Part shown: one piece after another, positions 22,990-37,400 of the stretch
Position numbering within the stretch: the stretch's first letter is position 1
Layout of the letters: each line of letters begins with the position of its first letter
Assembly (NCBI RefSeq): GCF_964204645.1
Contig: NC_134029.1
Span: 17,850,950-17,914,949 of the forward strand
Length of the DNA stretch: 64,000 bases
Origin: Tubulanus polymorphus
Taxonomy: Eukaryota; Animalia; Nemertea
Direction of reading: 5' to 3'
Translations under genes and position numbers: made by a program
Notes under the pieces: model-generated
The model's input: only the letters and a program-made list of their open reading frames with translations
What the model was told of the DNA's origin: nothing
Databases searched by the model: none

Positions 22990-24915
22990 TGATAATTCCA
23001 GGATATTCAGTATTTCAGTATTTAGTTTGATCAATTAGAAGTACATAATTTCATCTAAACATATTGAGACATGAGATAAATTTTTACAGTATTTCCAAAC
23101 GACGAGATAGAATGACATAATTTCAGATTCTTCTGTACCAGTTCCAGAGTTTTGGGCTTTTGTGGATTATTGTAAATTGCCTATAATTATGCTTTGTGAA
23201 AGTAACATCTAATTCCTTACATCGACGTATGTTGTGGATGTGTTAAAGTTTGTTTGTAAATAAATTACTGTATCGCTTGGGAAGTAGGTCATTTATAGAT
23301 TTAAACATGAAGTTTAGAACTTGTTGATTATTGATATCGAATATTGTGAGTTGTTTCGTAGATTTGAATAATGGTCCTGAATGTTGTAGGTAATGTTTCT
23401 TATTTATTATGCGCATAGCCTTTTTCTGTAGGATAGAGATTATTTAGTCGTGAGGGGTAGTTGTTAGCCCAGACGATATTACAGTATTGTATGTGAGGTA
23501 ATGGTAATGATTGATATATTGTTTTTAAGGTGTAATTAGGAAGTTTATGTTTTAATTTACAAAGGATAAAAAGTATTCTTCGAAATTTAATTTCAACTTG
23601 ATGTATATGTTGTTCCCATGTAATTTTATCGTCAACTATAACGCCTAAAAATTTGGCAGCTGTCACCTTTTTTTATTTCTTCATCATCAATGTATAGTTT
23701 AATGGTCTTCGTTATTTTAATTCTTCCCGAGAATAATAAAAGGTCTTATCGATATTCAATGATAGTTTATTTTCAATTCGGAGTTCATTTCGGTTACGAG
23801 GGTTTTAGAACATCTATTACTGTGTATTAAACTTGTGTCGTATGCAAAAAGGATGGAGTCTAGGATTTTCGCTGATTCTGTGATATCATTGATATATATT
23901 AAAAATAAAAGTGGCCCTAGAATTGATCCTTGTTGTATTTCAACTTTAATGGCTTTAAAATCCGATAATGCTGAGTTAATGCTAGTTAATATTTTTTAGA
24001 AAGCCAAATTGTTTGTCGGAGAGAATCGCGTGTTTAGTACAGAAGTTCGATAGTCGATTATACATGAGTTTTTCTAGAATTTTGGAAATAGAGGGGAGAA
24101 TTGAGATAGGACGATAATTTGTTTGCTTCGCATGTGTCACCTGATTTAAAGATAGGTACAACTCTAGCCGTTTTGAGTTTACTAGGAACAGTTCCAGAAT
24201 TGAATGATATGTTGAAAATATGGCATAAAGGGGCTACGATTTCCGGTATAACATATCTAATAATTTTCATGGGTACACCATCGGTGCCAGCAGTGTTTGA
24301 GCTTTTGAGTGTTCGTACTAAATCAATAATTTCTGTCTCGACTACTGGAAATAGATAAAAGCTTGATGGGTTTTGATTAGGTAAAAGTGTCGAAAATCTT
24401 GCTAGGTGCTGTTGATACTGTTAGCAAGTTTGGGACCGACGTTAACAAAATAAACATTGAATTCGTTGGCGATAGTGTAAAGATAGGTAGATGGTCAGAG
24501 ATATCAGATATGATCACCCCTGAGGTGTTGTTGTTGGAGATAGAATTTTTGTAAATATTGTCGATCAGAGTAGCCGTATAGTCAGTTATTCTAGTAGGTA
24601 CATGGATGAGTGGTTTAAATCCTGTAGATATGACTCCGTTTAGAAATTTTGAGGTCTGGTACATTGATCACTCTTTAATAGATTTATGGTATAGTCTCCT
24701 AGTAAATAGCACTCAGTTTTGCCTTTCAATAAGTTGGAGTATTCTCTCAAATTCGGTATTAAAATTTTCAATCTTTGTCCCTGGTGGTCTATATATCGTA
24801 CCGGTACCCAGTTTAATATTCTTATTTTTGCAGGATAATTCGATAAATAGACATTCTAATACATGCGTATCATCGGAGATTAGATCCGATCGTAATTTGA
24901 AATTTACATCTTTTT
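22990..24915 (-). mobile_element. Decayed CR1/L2-group LINE (APE endonuclease plus RT fragments, internal deletions)
   Basis: PTRITDYTATLIDNI...SDISDHLPIF (APE end), KTARVVPIFKSGD, QGSILGPLLF, KFLGVIVDDKITWEQHI and HIQYCNIVW across broken frames. Confidence 0.85.
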
Positions 24916-27845
24916 AATATAAAAACGTTACGATTAAGCTTAATTGTTTTGTCTCTTTTCTACTTCCGAAAATTTACTTGCTGCGAAGAAAAATGTACCT
25001 ACGATCATAAACTGCTTTTTCTATCGTATTACCGCGGTGAACTTGTTTGGCGCGAAAATAGAAGACAACGAACGCAACGACCTTGCTGGTATTCAGCGTA
25101 TACGGGCAGCGAGTGAGCGTACTCAATTGCAGAATTAGAGCTCAAGACTAACGAAAGTATATGCTTGGGGTAATCATTTAAATGATTACTCCAAGGTAAG
25201 AGATAAGAGATTACTTCGAAGCCTCAATTTCATTAGTGAGCTCAGACAAGTTGTGGACAGCTCGCCCTATTTGCGTAACATAGTGTCCCTCAACTCAGTT
25301 AACCCGCAGTTTTAATCACGGTATTTATATGTTCAATTCAAATTTATATATTGTGGTTATTGTAATGTAAATTCTATGCGTTTAATACAGAATATAAGCA
25401 GACGGCGACAACTGAAGACGATATGGGAGAAAAATGCAAACGAAGAATTCAAGAGTGAATTTGCATGAAGCCAAATGGATGAGACACGTTATCTACAGTT
25501 TATTGATAAATAGTTTTATTTATGATATTAAAACAAATATCATTATTTTCATATTTACACAGATTTACATATTCATTCCATGAAATAACATGTATGTTTA
25601 ATATAAGAGGTTACATACATGATGGTCGAGCAATTCTTTTTACTATTCATTAGCAAAAAACGAGCTGACGATTATCCAAGTACAACATATGTATTTGCGG
25701 AAAGATTTCATATCGGTGCTGGAATTCACATAAAAACTCCTTCATTAAACAGGGGCGGATCTATGATGCGGTTTTGGGGTCCGGACTATTGCCTTCTCAT
25801 CGAAGTTGCCCTTTTAGTCAAGACAGAAATTTAATCTTTTCGGAAGGATTTGTTCAAAAATATCTAATATCGATGGCGGAACCCCCTCCCCGCTTGTGGC
25901 CTTCGACGTGGCTGCTCTATCCGAGAAACGCCTTTCCTTTTCTTCTGGACCCCGGCCTCCCATATTATCCTAGATTCGTCCCTGTTAAATGGCATTAATC
26001 CAGTTAAACGGTATATCAAATCAGTATAGGGGTAATACGTATTTTGTAAAACAGGGTCCTGAAGCAGTTATGCCATGCAAGTCCAAAAAATGATGTATCT
26101 ACAGCGGTCAGCAGATTGAGACAAGACAAATGCTCTATTGACAATATTCCGGGCCAGTTGCACAGTCATGGCTTAGATTTTATCTTATGCCCTTTCCTTT
26201 CGATTTTAGAACAGCCCTTGGATGTTTCTGGCCAAAGCACATGAAAAGTCCTACAGTAGTTACAATGGATATATGATAAATGATCCACCTGATCCGCTGT
26301 TTGCCAAATATCTCGCTGAACACCTGGATCCAGTTCAACAGTTGTAAGTTAAGATTCGACTCAGAGTTAACTCATTGAAACTGAATCGATTTTAACTCTA
26401 TCTCAAAACTGTGGAACTGGATCCTCCTAGTCGAATGTTTGGTTTAAGTTGCTACGCCAAAATGGAGCTGTAGCTAATTCCATTTTTTTGCAAATCATTC
26501 CAATCTTCAAATTCTGAAGAACCTATATACCGTGTTTTACGATCACAGTCCATGCGGCCGATTAGTAGAAAATCATACCCTGGTATGGGAGCCATGTCAT
26601 CACATGTACACCCAAATAAATACAGTATATGTACGAATGGAAATTTACACAGAAAATACCAGCAGTAAAACATAAAATATTAGCACCAAAATAAGCCAAG
26701 AGCATCCACAAAATACTGCAAGATAAAGTTGATATATGCTAAAGGCTCTTTGAGCTCAATTTCCTTAGCCAGGCAAGAATCATAGTCACTGAAGTGAATG
26801 CGGATGTAGGAAATTTCTCAATTCTTTACGAATTCTTATAGTTTAATCGGTAGATCAAGAAGACAAGGTCAATTCGCCCAATGAAAGTCCAATATTACAG
26901 TCCAAACAGGAAATATACTTGGCACCAGGCCCGTGCCGAGCTTTTTCGATTAAGATTAGCGCAAACAAAACACAATTGGAGTAGATGAAATTCAGTGAAC
27001 GGCAAGAGAAGATGCAAGTAAGGGAAAGGAATGGCAAAATACTATTTACACATTTTACATTCTTACATTCAGGCAGAAAATTACCATACAGTGAGCTTAA
27101 CTTCACGTGTATACAAGCTACTAGAACAGTAGCTGAGAGATGCAATCATGTACCATTTAGAAAACCAAAATTTACTGTCAATTGTCTAGCCGTGATTCCG
27201 CTCTCAACAACAAAAAATTACTCGAGACCCTTTATAAACTGGATAAGGGAGCTCAAGAATCAAAATTGATACCACACTGGAGTTCAAAATTCGTATGTCT
27301 GGAGTATGGGTAAGGGGTGTCGCCAGGGGGAGATCGGGGGCTTCCCAATGACCCCATATTCATATCCACTCATTTGTCAATAAATTCTTTTTTCTGACTG
27401 AGAGAAGTTGCGTAAACATCTTTACATCTTAAAATCGCTCCAAATGCTTGAAAAATTTACTGGGGGAACCTCCTCTCCCAATCAATTTGCGCCACACGCG
27501 TCTTCGGCGCTTGTGTTCTGGTTATTACTGATTTCGACCTCTCCGCAGACGCCCGTGATTCATAAAGCAACCAAAATAGACCACATTTAGAGTATGGGGT
27601 AACAATCTGGCACCCATACTTGACAAAAAATATTTACCCACTGAATCATATTTTGCCAACATAAACAAATAGGTGGGCCTGTGTGAGTGATTTCAAGACA
27701 AGATCAAAATCTTGATTAAGCTGATCCAGTTTAAGCAGTTCGATTGTATGAAGATTCAGCTCTTCATTTGTCCAGCTGATTATGGCTATTCTAAGCAGCA
27801 GATGAAGTATGTGAGCAGATAACCTTTAATGAAAGATATTCAGCT

Positions 27846-27953
27846 GGACCCAGTTCCACAGCTCTGAGTTAAATTTGACTCTAGAGTTAAAACATCGAAA
27901 ATGAACTAACTTTAACTCAGAGTTAACTAACTCACAAATGTGGAACCGGGCCC
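27846..27953. mobile_element. Short palindromic MITE family (other copies ~5542-5697, 26326-26424, 60170-60284)
   Basis: Ends GGACCCAGTTCCACA ... TGTGGAACCGGGCC with internal GAGTTAA/TTAACTC motifs, repeated across the window. Confidence 0.6.
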
Positions 27954-28684
27954 TGGAATTCATAAGCAGTTTATACACGCAATTAATACGGAAAATATTC
28001 CATTTCTTATGATAGAAAAATATATACATGTATTGGATTGTGCAGTTTGAGCAATTCAACACAGCAAAGCAGGCGAACAGGAGGGAGCATTGATACTGTT
28101 AAGTGTAGAAAAAATTACATGTACAGCACAATCTTTCAAGATGTTTAGTCACAAGGCATATTACATCCATTTTCTAGTGTGAAATCACCCAATAGAGGTA
28201 GGCACTACATATATATGAATTGGTAGTGACATCACAGGCAAATTGTCTCAATAAATGATGACAATCATTATTAATTCAAATAATACGTTTCAATAAGCCT
28301 TCAAAGAAGTCTGCGTTCAAATGAATATATATCACGTTCAGTAAAATCAACGTGTTAAATCAATACTGCATTCAAAAAATATTTGATTACAAGACTGGAA
28401 GAGTGACAGAAAGTATTCAACCATCCATCAACGGTTTTAAGTCGTCACATTTCCATACACTGTTCCTACGTGCGTATACAACTCCTTGGTAAATATATAC
28501 AAGTCTAACTCGAATAGGTCAACACATTACCATGGTACTTTAAGTTCCTTCTCTATTTTGAGTTCCAACTTTTCTATTTCTAATTCATTTCACTATGTGT
28601 AAATCCTAGTTTCGATGAGTCATTGACCTAATCATGGCCGTGACTACACCAATTTAAGAAGGTTTGAATACGTAGTACAAATGC

Positions 28685-29953
28685 AACTAGGGGTCCAGGG
28701 ACACCATGCCCACTTGGGAAGTGGTTTCAAATGCTCAACAATCTAACAAATTCAATATTGAACGCCCCCTGGTGACCATATACAGAATCCAATGACCTTG
28801 AAACTCACCACAATCATAGAACATGTCAGCAGCTACGATTTTGTAATTGATTGTGATAACAAAATATGCCTCGTTACCAATTTAATATGGAAATACTAAG
28901 TCATTCTACTATTCAACGCCCCCTGGTGACCATATTCAAAACCCAATGACCTCGAAACTCACCACAATCATAGAATATGTCACGAACTACAACTTTGCAA
29001 TTGATCATGGTAACAAAATATGCCTAGGTACCAATATAATAAGGAAATACTAAGTTATTCTACTATTCAACGCCCCCTGGTGACCATATAGAAAAACTTA
29101 TGTCCTTAAAACTCGCAACAATCATAGATGATGTCATGAGCTACAACTTTGCAATTGATTGTGGTTACAAAATATGCATTGATACGAATATAATAAAGAA
29201 ATGCTAAGATATTGTATTATTCTACGCCCCCTGGTGGCCATATACAAAATCCAATTACCTTGAAACTCACCACAATCATAGAACACGTTATGAGCTACAA
29301 CTTTCTAATTGATTGTGGTAGCAAAATACGCTTAGGTATCAATATAATGTGGAAAAACTTTTTCCCACTTACGAATGAGTACTGCTGACACCAAGATGGC
29401 CGCCAATTGCGTCATAATTGGCTGATGAAAAATACCTGTCTCAGGTATAAAACATCCCTTTCCAAAGAATACCCATCACAAATTGTAATGAGAAATGGCA
29501 AACCAGTAGGAAGCTACAGGACTCAGAATTCGGGCCAAAATTAACATTTTTGGGCACTAAAAAGGTCATAGGACGGCCATCTTGAGTCCGACCAACCCAA
29601 TTTTTGTTATGTTGATGGGCCCTGGGGGGTTCACATATATCCGAAAGATCAAGGTAATTGATCAAAGCGTCTTCAAAATTTCCCTCAAAAAGTTCAAAAA
29701 TGTGTAAAAAGTGCTGATTTTGGTGAACAACAATGGCTGCCAGTCGGCCATCTTGATTCTGACAGGGCCAGTTTTTGGGCTGAAGATGTGTCTAGGGTAG
29801 ATACATGTGTAACCCAAATATCAAGACATTACCTTGAAGCGTCTTCAAAACTTCCCAAAATAACTGGATTCCGTCTACGGATGGACGGACGGACGACGGA
29901 CGAAAAGTCAACGCAATAGCCCGCTGGGACTAAAGTCCCAAGTGGGCTAAAAA
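28685..29953 (-). mobile_element. Helentron-associated non-autonomous element (HINE/DINE-1-like), copy 1, with four 154-bp internal tandem repeats
   Basis: Minus strand: T-run, subTIR GCCCACTTGGGA with adjacent hairpin, (GTCC)n microsatellite, tandem units (AACGCCCCCTGG-like anchors at 28761, 28915, 29069, 29223), inverted subTIR, small stem-loop and CTAGTT end. Confidence 0.8.
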
Positions 29954-31432
29954 CAATCTCTAATACCAGGATTCATTAGTTTTGGAAGGGAGGTGCCAGT
30001 ACTCTCTGGTTTTTAGTTACACCGATTCATACAGAATAAGCACAGTTTATCGTACAGGTATCAACCTCCCTTTCAGACTTTCAAAATTTTCGTGTGAAAT
30101 CGGTGCCAATCGAAGTGTGGGGATTTAATGATTGATGTCTGGTATTTGCAGCCGATCTTGTTCTCAATTAAAAAGTGTCCCCAGTGGAATGGGTGAAGCC
30201 TCGACAATTAAGAACTGGAAGAATGGTGATTAAGTATCGAATTTCTGAGGGGCTGCTCCAGTCCAGAGGTTGATACCTGTGTCAGTATGAAAAAATATCA
30301 TCTATCCACATTACAAATATGTTTTTGCATGCAAGGGGTAATGTTTAATATGTCAGTAAAGCATTGATATGTTGCAATATTAACCATTCATTCATTTCCA
30401 CATTTAAATTACATCTATACTAGGCCAGATGTAGTACAAAAATCGACAGCGGTGCCAATACGCATACGAGAATTTCTCATCAAGCATTGACGTCCAAGAC
30501 GCTTTTTAAATACTGGTATATGATTTTGAATATATCGATTTTAGCACACATGCAATATTGCAGGATTGTAGGATAATAAGATGTGAAGAATAGATAAAAC
30601 GCAGGTTCAAAAGATTGAAATGAAATTCATTCATTAAATTGAAAATCTAATTACTGTAATCAAATCTAACTGCTGTAGTTGAATTTGCTCTTGTTAGTGA
30701 CAACTTGTCATCCACTATTAGCACTAATTTGAATAACGGGCCCATAATTCTTGTCTTTCAAAGTTTATTAATTCATGCTCTAAGAGAGAGTCTGAAACTG
30801 TAAGTGTATTTTTATTTTCTTTCTAATAAATGAATTTTGTTTTTATTTTGTATATAGCGGGTTTCAATCAATCACATTATCGCAGGATTGACTTCCATAG
30901 CTGCAAAGCTCAAAGCACATTGAGTACCGGTATATTACAGAGGATCCTCCTTATAAGGAACTCAGATATATAATGCCCAAAAATTAATTAAGACAGAGGC
31001 ACATCAAGGGATAAGATTAATTAGATCAAAGGCATTTTGATAGTACCTTCTTTTTTATCAGAAAAGTACCATTTGTGCCGTTGCTTAACAAAAAGTGCCC
31101 TTATGGGTTTTTTTCACAAAAATTGTGCCCTTCTTGAGTTTAAGTGCTTCAAAATTATGAGGGTCTAATGGAAGTCACATAAGACCCCGGGATCAGCCCT
31201 GCAAGATACAAATAGCTATCACTTATAAACAAACAACTTCAGTCCCCTGAAGTTTGCTGTAACAACAGTCTACTGCAATCCAATTCAGCAAATTGTGAGC
31301 GTCCACAATCCAAATATCTCTAATCAATGCCACAATCTTTAATACCCTCAATATATCAGGTTCAGTGTCTATCTCACACAGGGAGGAAGATTGAACTACC
31401 ATTCTTTGCATCCAAGTACAGCAACTGATTCA

Positions 31433-34400
31433 TTATTCTTGACTATCTTGAAGTGGTGTTATGACATCCACGTAAGAGACTGGAAATCGACCAATAACAT
31501 CGTTCAGTTCACCGACGAACCAATCAGCTCCTAACTGATCCAGTAAAACTATCAACTCGCCTGCCTATACATACATATAGAAAATATAGAATTTATATTC
31601 ATTGTGACATTGAGGTAAATTGTTGAATTTTGAGAATGAATAAAACGGTGTCATTACGATGTCATATACAATAGCGACCATCTTTTCTGAATAGATCTCA
31701 ACACCTAGTACAAACCTTAATTGTAAGTTCTTCATCATTTTGAGCTTCATAGTCATAAATAGCAATGGCTCGCGGAATATCCGAAACTGATGGGACCGAT
31801 CCGCGAACTGAATCTAGTGTGGGTGGTGGTCCTACTGGTTCCGGTAGTTCGTCTGTTAGAAAAACCAAACATAAACAAGTAATCATTACTGCTAACAGCT
31901 GCAGCTGAAAGCTAAATTGGGATGACTTTTTGGGCTGGGAAGCCTTTTTAGTACCTCCCATTAACTTGGTAGCCATTAACTTGGTAGTTAGCTTTGCGGT
32001 TGAGTTAACCTCTATAAATTCTAAGTTTAACAGACCTTGTTTTATGTATAGATTGAGTAATAATTTTAAAATGTTTTTTATATGTAAAAATCTACAATCA
32101 GTTCACTATTTCTATTTCTATTACGTAAAATTCATCTCTTCTTTCAAGGTATGTAGAAAGGCTTTGCTATCCAGTCTAGAAAACCAATCCTAAATTGTAT
32201 ATCAAAATCAGCTCATCGACGATACGTACCGCATAAATCAACCTTAATATCCACATATGTTCTAGGAACCATCCCATGTTCATCACCTAAATAGCCCATC
32301 AACCAATCTTCACTTAGTGAAGCAGTTAGCGTTATTCGATCTCCTTCTTTAAAACTGAGGTCTCCTTCATTCATTCCCGCGTAGTCATACAACGCTATAC
32401 AGTGTGGCTCTAAATCCTGAATTTCAGAATAAAAAGATGTAAGCGGCCATATCAAAGCAGATTTTTCAAAGTTTGAAAATAAACATATTTCATTTATATT
32501 CCTTACTTCCTAATTCATATCGATTAATCTGATATTGATCAATAGCAGAACTTAAAATCAACCCAGTACTTTGATCATGTACCAGTACATTGTTTCAATC
32601 TCATATTTGTCTTGGATACTATATGTTTTCCTGTTTCTACATTGCATGTTACCAGCATTTATCGATCGACATGCATAAATGCAAAAAACGTCCGATGATA
32701 AGAATTTCGGGGTGCATATTGGACATTTTTTAGCATTTATGCATATTGATCGACAACTATCGGTGAGCCCGAAATTCTAATACCAATCAATCGTACTTCA
32801 TATGAATATTGAAACATCATGAAACAGCATTGTCTATCATACGAAAAAGATAATTCATGACAAACTATATTGTCTGTGGTTTAAGCCATTGATCATTTGC
32901 TAGTTTCATCAATCCAGGGGTCGTCGGTTTTCTTCTGGCCCTATGGTCAGTTAAGGTATTAAAACCTGATTTATTCAGTTAAGCCTAGCGCACACAGCAC
33001 AAAATAAACACGAAGCTGAAACGATTTATGGCTTGTTTCATGGCTGTGCATTGCTCCGAAACAAGAAACAACATTTCGGTTTCGCAAAACAAATGAACAC
33101 GGTTTGATTACTTTGTGCATTGTCATCTAAGTGGATAAACAAGAAACACTGACACACAAGAACTCATCCATATCATGAAACGATTTCTACTTTTCTCATT
33201 GCTATTGGCACTGTATATTTCTAATTTCGCCATGTGCAATATGAATCGGAGCATGTTTCTTATTTCGAGGTTTTTCTTGCTGTGTGCACTCTAGGCTTAA
33301 GTTTCAGTTTACCGCTTCAATAAATGCATTATCATTCACATCGGCTGCAGTGTTCAGCTGATCATTTGTCATATTCCACGATGAAGAATTATCCCGACAA
33401 TCCTGTGAATTATCATTTGATACCCGATGTCGGTCAGATGGCGAAGTGGGACTACTCTCCAGCGAGGATCCAGCTCCTTGTACCATCGGACTACTACTAC
33501 TACAACTCGAATCCGCTTCCCGTTGACTTGTTGGACTAGAATCTGTAGACAAGGTCTCTGTATAAGGAGGTAAGTCGGCGGGCAAATGATCTACAAATGT
33601 AGCAGGGAACCGGCCCTGTTTACCATTCATTTCTCCGAACAACCAATCGGGATCTACTTGACTTATCACAGTTATTCTATCACCGGGCTAAAGAATATAC
33701 GAGAAATTACAGTTAGGTAAATAATGTAGAGAAGTGCCCTTGAGTAGAAAATCTTAGCCCACAGCTGTGGAGCAAGTACCAGGGCCCTGTTTGGCATCTG
33801 TGGATGATAACTTCAACTCTAGAATTAAACATTTGAAAATTTTGACAAACTATTGACATTTCAACTCGCTTATTCAGCATAATTAGATTCAGACACAAGA
33901 GTTTGAACCAGTAAAGGCCAATGGAAGATTTCGGTCTATTTGCATATACAGTCAACCCCCGATATACCGCCCACATCAGTGCAGAACGATTTTGGCTGTA
34001 TAGAAAGTATGGCGGTATGACGGGTGTGTTTTACTATGTATTTGTATAGAGATGGACATTGAGAAAACCTGGGGGTAGGCAGGGGTGGCAGTGTATGGGA
34101 GGGCGGTATATCGGGGTTGACTGTAGATCTATGTTCTGGAAACTTACCAAAATTGAAAGTTCACCTTCAATGCCATCAAACTCATATTGAGCATACACAA
34201 TATTATCATCATCATTTCTATTTGTATTCACTTTCTCTGCTGGTTCCGGCCATCGGTTCTGTACTGGATTCGAAATGGCATTTTCTGTCGGCCAACCAGC
34301 GACATCATTTGACCAGCCGACATCTTCGTGTGGTAAATCTTCGACGATTTCTACGAAAGCCAAAGGGAACAGTCCCTGAACACCGTTCAGTTCTCCTTGA

Positions 34401-37400
34401 GCCCACTCTGTCTGAATACGCGACAATAAACGAATAATATCCCCGCTAGAGAATGACAGATCGTCTGCTGTTTGAGCTTCAAAGTCGAATAGAGCACGAC
34501 ATCTCGGTCTTGATATATCTAGGTTGTTCGCTGTATGACTAGGTTTTTGCACTTCCTAAGAAATTATATAAAATATCATTGTATCATGGCGAACTATGAT
34601 TCAAATCAGAGATAAAATGACTGCCAGAATTTGGTAATACATGTAAAACTTTATCGAATCATTTGCAAGACTTATCGGATTTAAAACCAGGTTCAAACTA
34701 ACAACTTTTAAGCAAGGCCGAGTGACTGCTAGCAACTCAATTCGCTGCAACCGCCAATAATGATTGCATCGCGAAGACCCTTTGACCTATTCACCCTAAA
34801 ATACCAGTGACACCAGTTGCAATGATTAATGCAAATCATACTTTCTGCAACATGACATCACTCTCTCCCAGTTGCAACATACGCTGTTCCTCTGGCTGAC
34901 AGAAGTCACACCGTTGCTGACAATAGTGCTGCAGTCGACCTACGCGGCCATTTGCGATCACACTGTGTTTTGAGTCAACTCATCCTACGCTACTTTTGGA
35001 CCTACGCTAAGATTTTGGACTTAAGACTTGACTGTGCAGCTAGACCGTGGTAATAATCCACACTTGCCTCAGTTCTGTCTTCTGGTAGCGGTTCTATAAC
35101 TTCGATGAAATTTTTTGGAAACATTCCCTCTCTGCCATCCAGTTCACCGCAAATCCAATCATCATCAATCCATCGAAGCAGTAAAATATAGTCACCTTGC
35201 TACAAAATTTTAGGAATTATACTGAAGAGAAATCAAAATAATTTCAGTTTCACAGAAATCCAGATTACATAGAGATATTGCAGCAATACCTTGAAAGACA
35301 AGTCAGTTTCGTGAGGTGAATCATAATCGAATAAGGCTTTTCCGTGTGGAAGTCCTTCTAAAGAGTAATTTGAGGCTGGCATTGAAGCTGGTTGATTCCA
35401 GGGATTGCTAGAAACTGTTGCGGGAGAACTTCTCAGATCCACCTGATCTGACGACAATTTTTTGTCTTCAGATGAAAGAAAAAATAGTTAAGATTGTAAC
35501 TGGGTAATCTCATTACCCGTTGAAAATGAAATCTCTATGCCTGGTAACCTCTGGCAGATCAACTCTTGTAAACATACCTTTGAAGATGTCCCATTTTACT
35601 TGACAGGATGACGTGTCAAATTGCAGAGATAAAGGACTAGGATTATTGATATTACGATCGACGTTTGACGTATGAAACCCGTTCGAATCGAGACACATTA
35701 ATTCATCCAGAGCAGACGTGCTGGACGAAGGGGGAATCTTCGGTTTAAATCTACAATATTCAAAATCTCTCAACTAATTTTGCAAAGCAGTTTTAAGTAT
35801 CTCGGTCACTGATCTTTATCAGGTTTAAAGCAAAATAAATTTCTGGCCAAGCGGCAATATCATAGTAAAGAGACTTTTTCAAAGCTTAGTGCACTGAAAT
35901 AATACTAAAGAAAAAGAAGACACAGAATTTGTCTTTATGGATTTTAATATTCAGGTATACAGCAAAAAAAGAAACCTAGCCACTAGTGATGGAAAAAATT
36001 TTGCAGAAAGGCCAGGCCTCCTTTTCCAAACTACTCACTTCGGTTTTGGTGGTCTTTTAGGAGGCGGTTTTCCAGGACGTGGAGGTTTAGGCTTTGATTT
36101 TTTGTCCACGAAATCATTCTGGAACGCTTCGTCGAAGCTATGACCGGAAATTGTGCTTGCGGCCGACGAGCGACGACTGGAAAGAGATGGCACTCGGTCA
36201 CTGGATACTGTCGGCGCAAGAGGCTTCACCGGGAAATGTTTCTTTTCATTCTGAAGTGCAGAAATATCGATCATATTACTGATTATATAATTACAACAGT
36301 AGACTGCCCTTGCTATGGACCCGATTGCCTCGGAATATCGCATGTCCTGAATAAAATTTTTTAAATGTTCCTACTTGAATTCATTTGTACATGGTGTAGA
36401 AAGTATATGAGATTAGTATTAGTATATAGATCAACAATTGTATTTTAAGCATTAGCTTCCGCTAGTGTTCTGTAGTAGCTTTATGAAGCTACTACAGAAT
36501 AGTAGCTAAGGTCATACGTCAAATGAAATAGTTGTACTACTCATCTTGTTGTATTTACTTGAACTCATGCGATGATGACCAATTGTCACATTTGCTTCCC
36601 TTGGGAGAAAATTTAATGATCATGCAAGATTCCAGACAAGCAGTGTACCGTACCGGTTTCTACCTAATGGCAGTACATTTTACAATGACATGCACCAATA
36701 TGTAAATATATATTGCAGTGCAGTAATGCATGTATCAAACTGTAGACTGGATCCAACCAATCACACAACTCTACTTAAAACCATATCACTTCAGATATAT
36801 AGCATATTCAGTCAAGCCGGCTTAAGTTGAATTTCTGCGCTAGTCATATCAAAATGTTTCAGCCCATTTTGCATACCAGTATCATTTGCAATGTTCACTA
36901 CTTGGTAATTCGAGTTGGACAAAATGGTCAGACTTAAACAGACTCTACTGTATTAAGCTGATGTTTTGTACTTCTTACAATGTTTCTTAAGGCTGGCTTA
37001 TGTCGACAAGCAACTCGACAATATTTTCAGCTTAAGAAAGAAACTTTGGTTCTTTGATTCAAGCAATAGCCATTTTTGTATGAGGTTTGGACGATAGCAT
37101 CTTGTAAGTATGGTGTGATATAATGTGAAGTCCTCAACACATATGACATGAAGCCTGATGAAAATGGAGGAATGACAATAACATATCGAATGTTGGGTGC
37201 ATGCCACAGATTGATATATGCAAGCTCAAAATTTAGACTCATGAAAGTGCTTACTACGAGGGAAGAAGGTATATATTTCATGCAATGACTCGAGGACTGA
37301 ATGTCATTCTAATTTGAATTTACCCGCATTTGTGAGCGATTAGGTTCAGAAAGAGGAGCTTTATTTTCTGGTGGAACCGGTTTTCCACGAGTTATTCTTC

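Noticed and set aside
26452-26720. Hydrophobic short ORFs as a separate membrane-protein gene
   Set aside because: No recognisable family or consistent exon chain; more likely T-rich 3' UTR or intergenic sequence downstream of the SH3D19-like gene.
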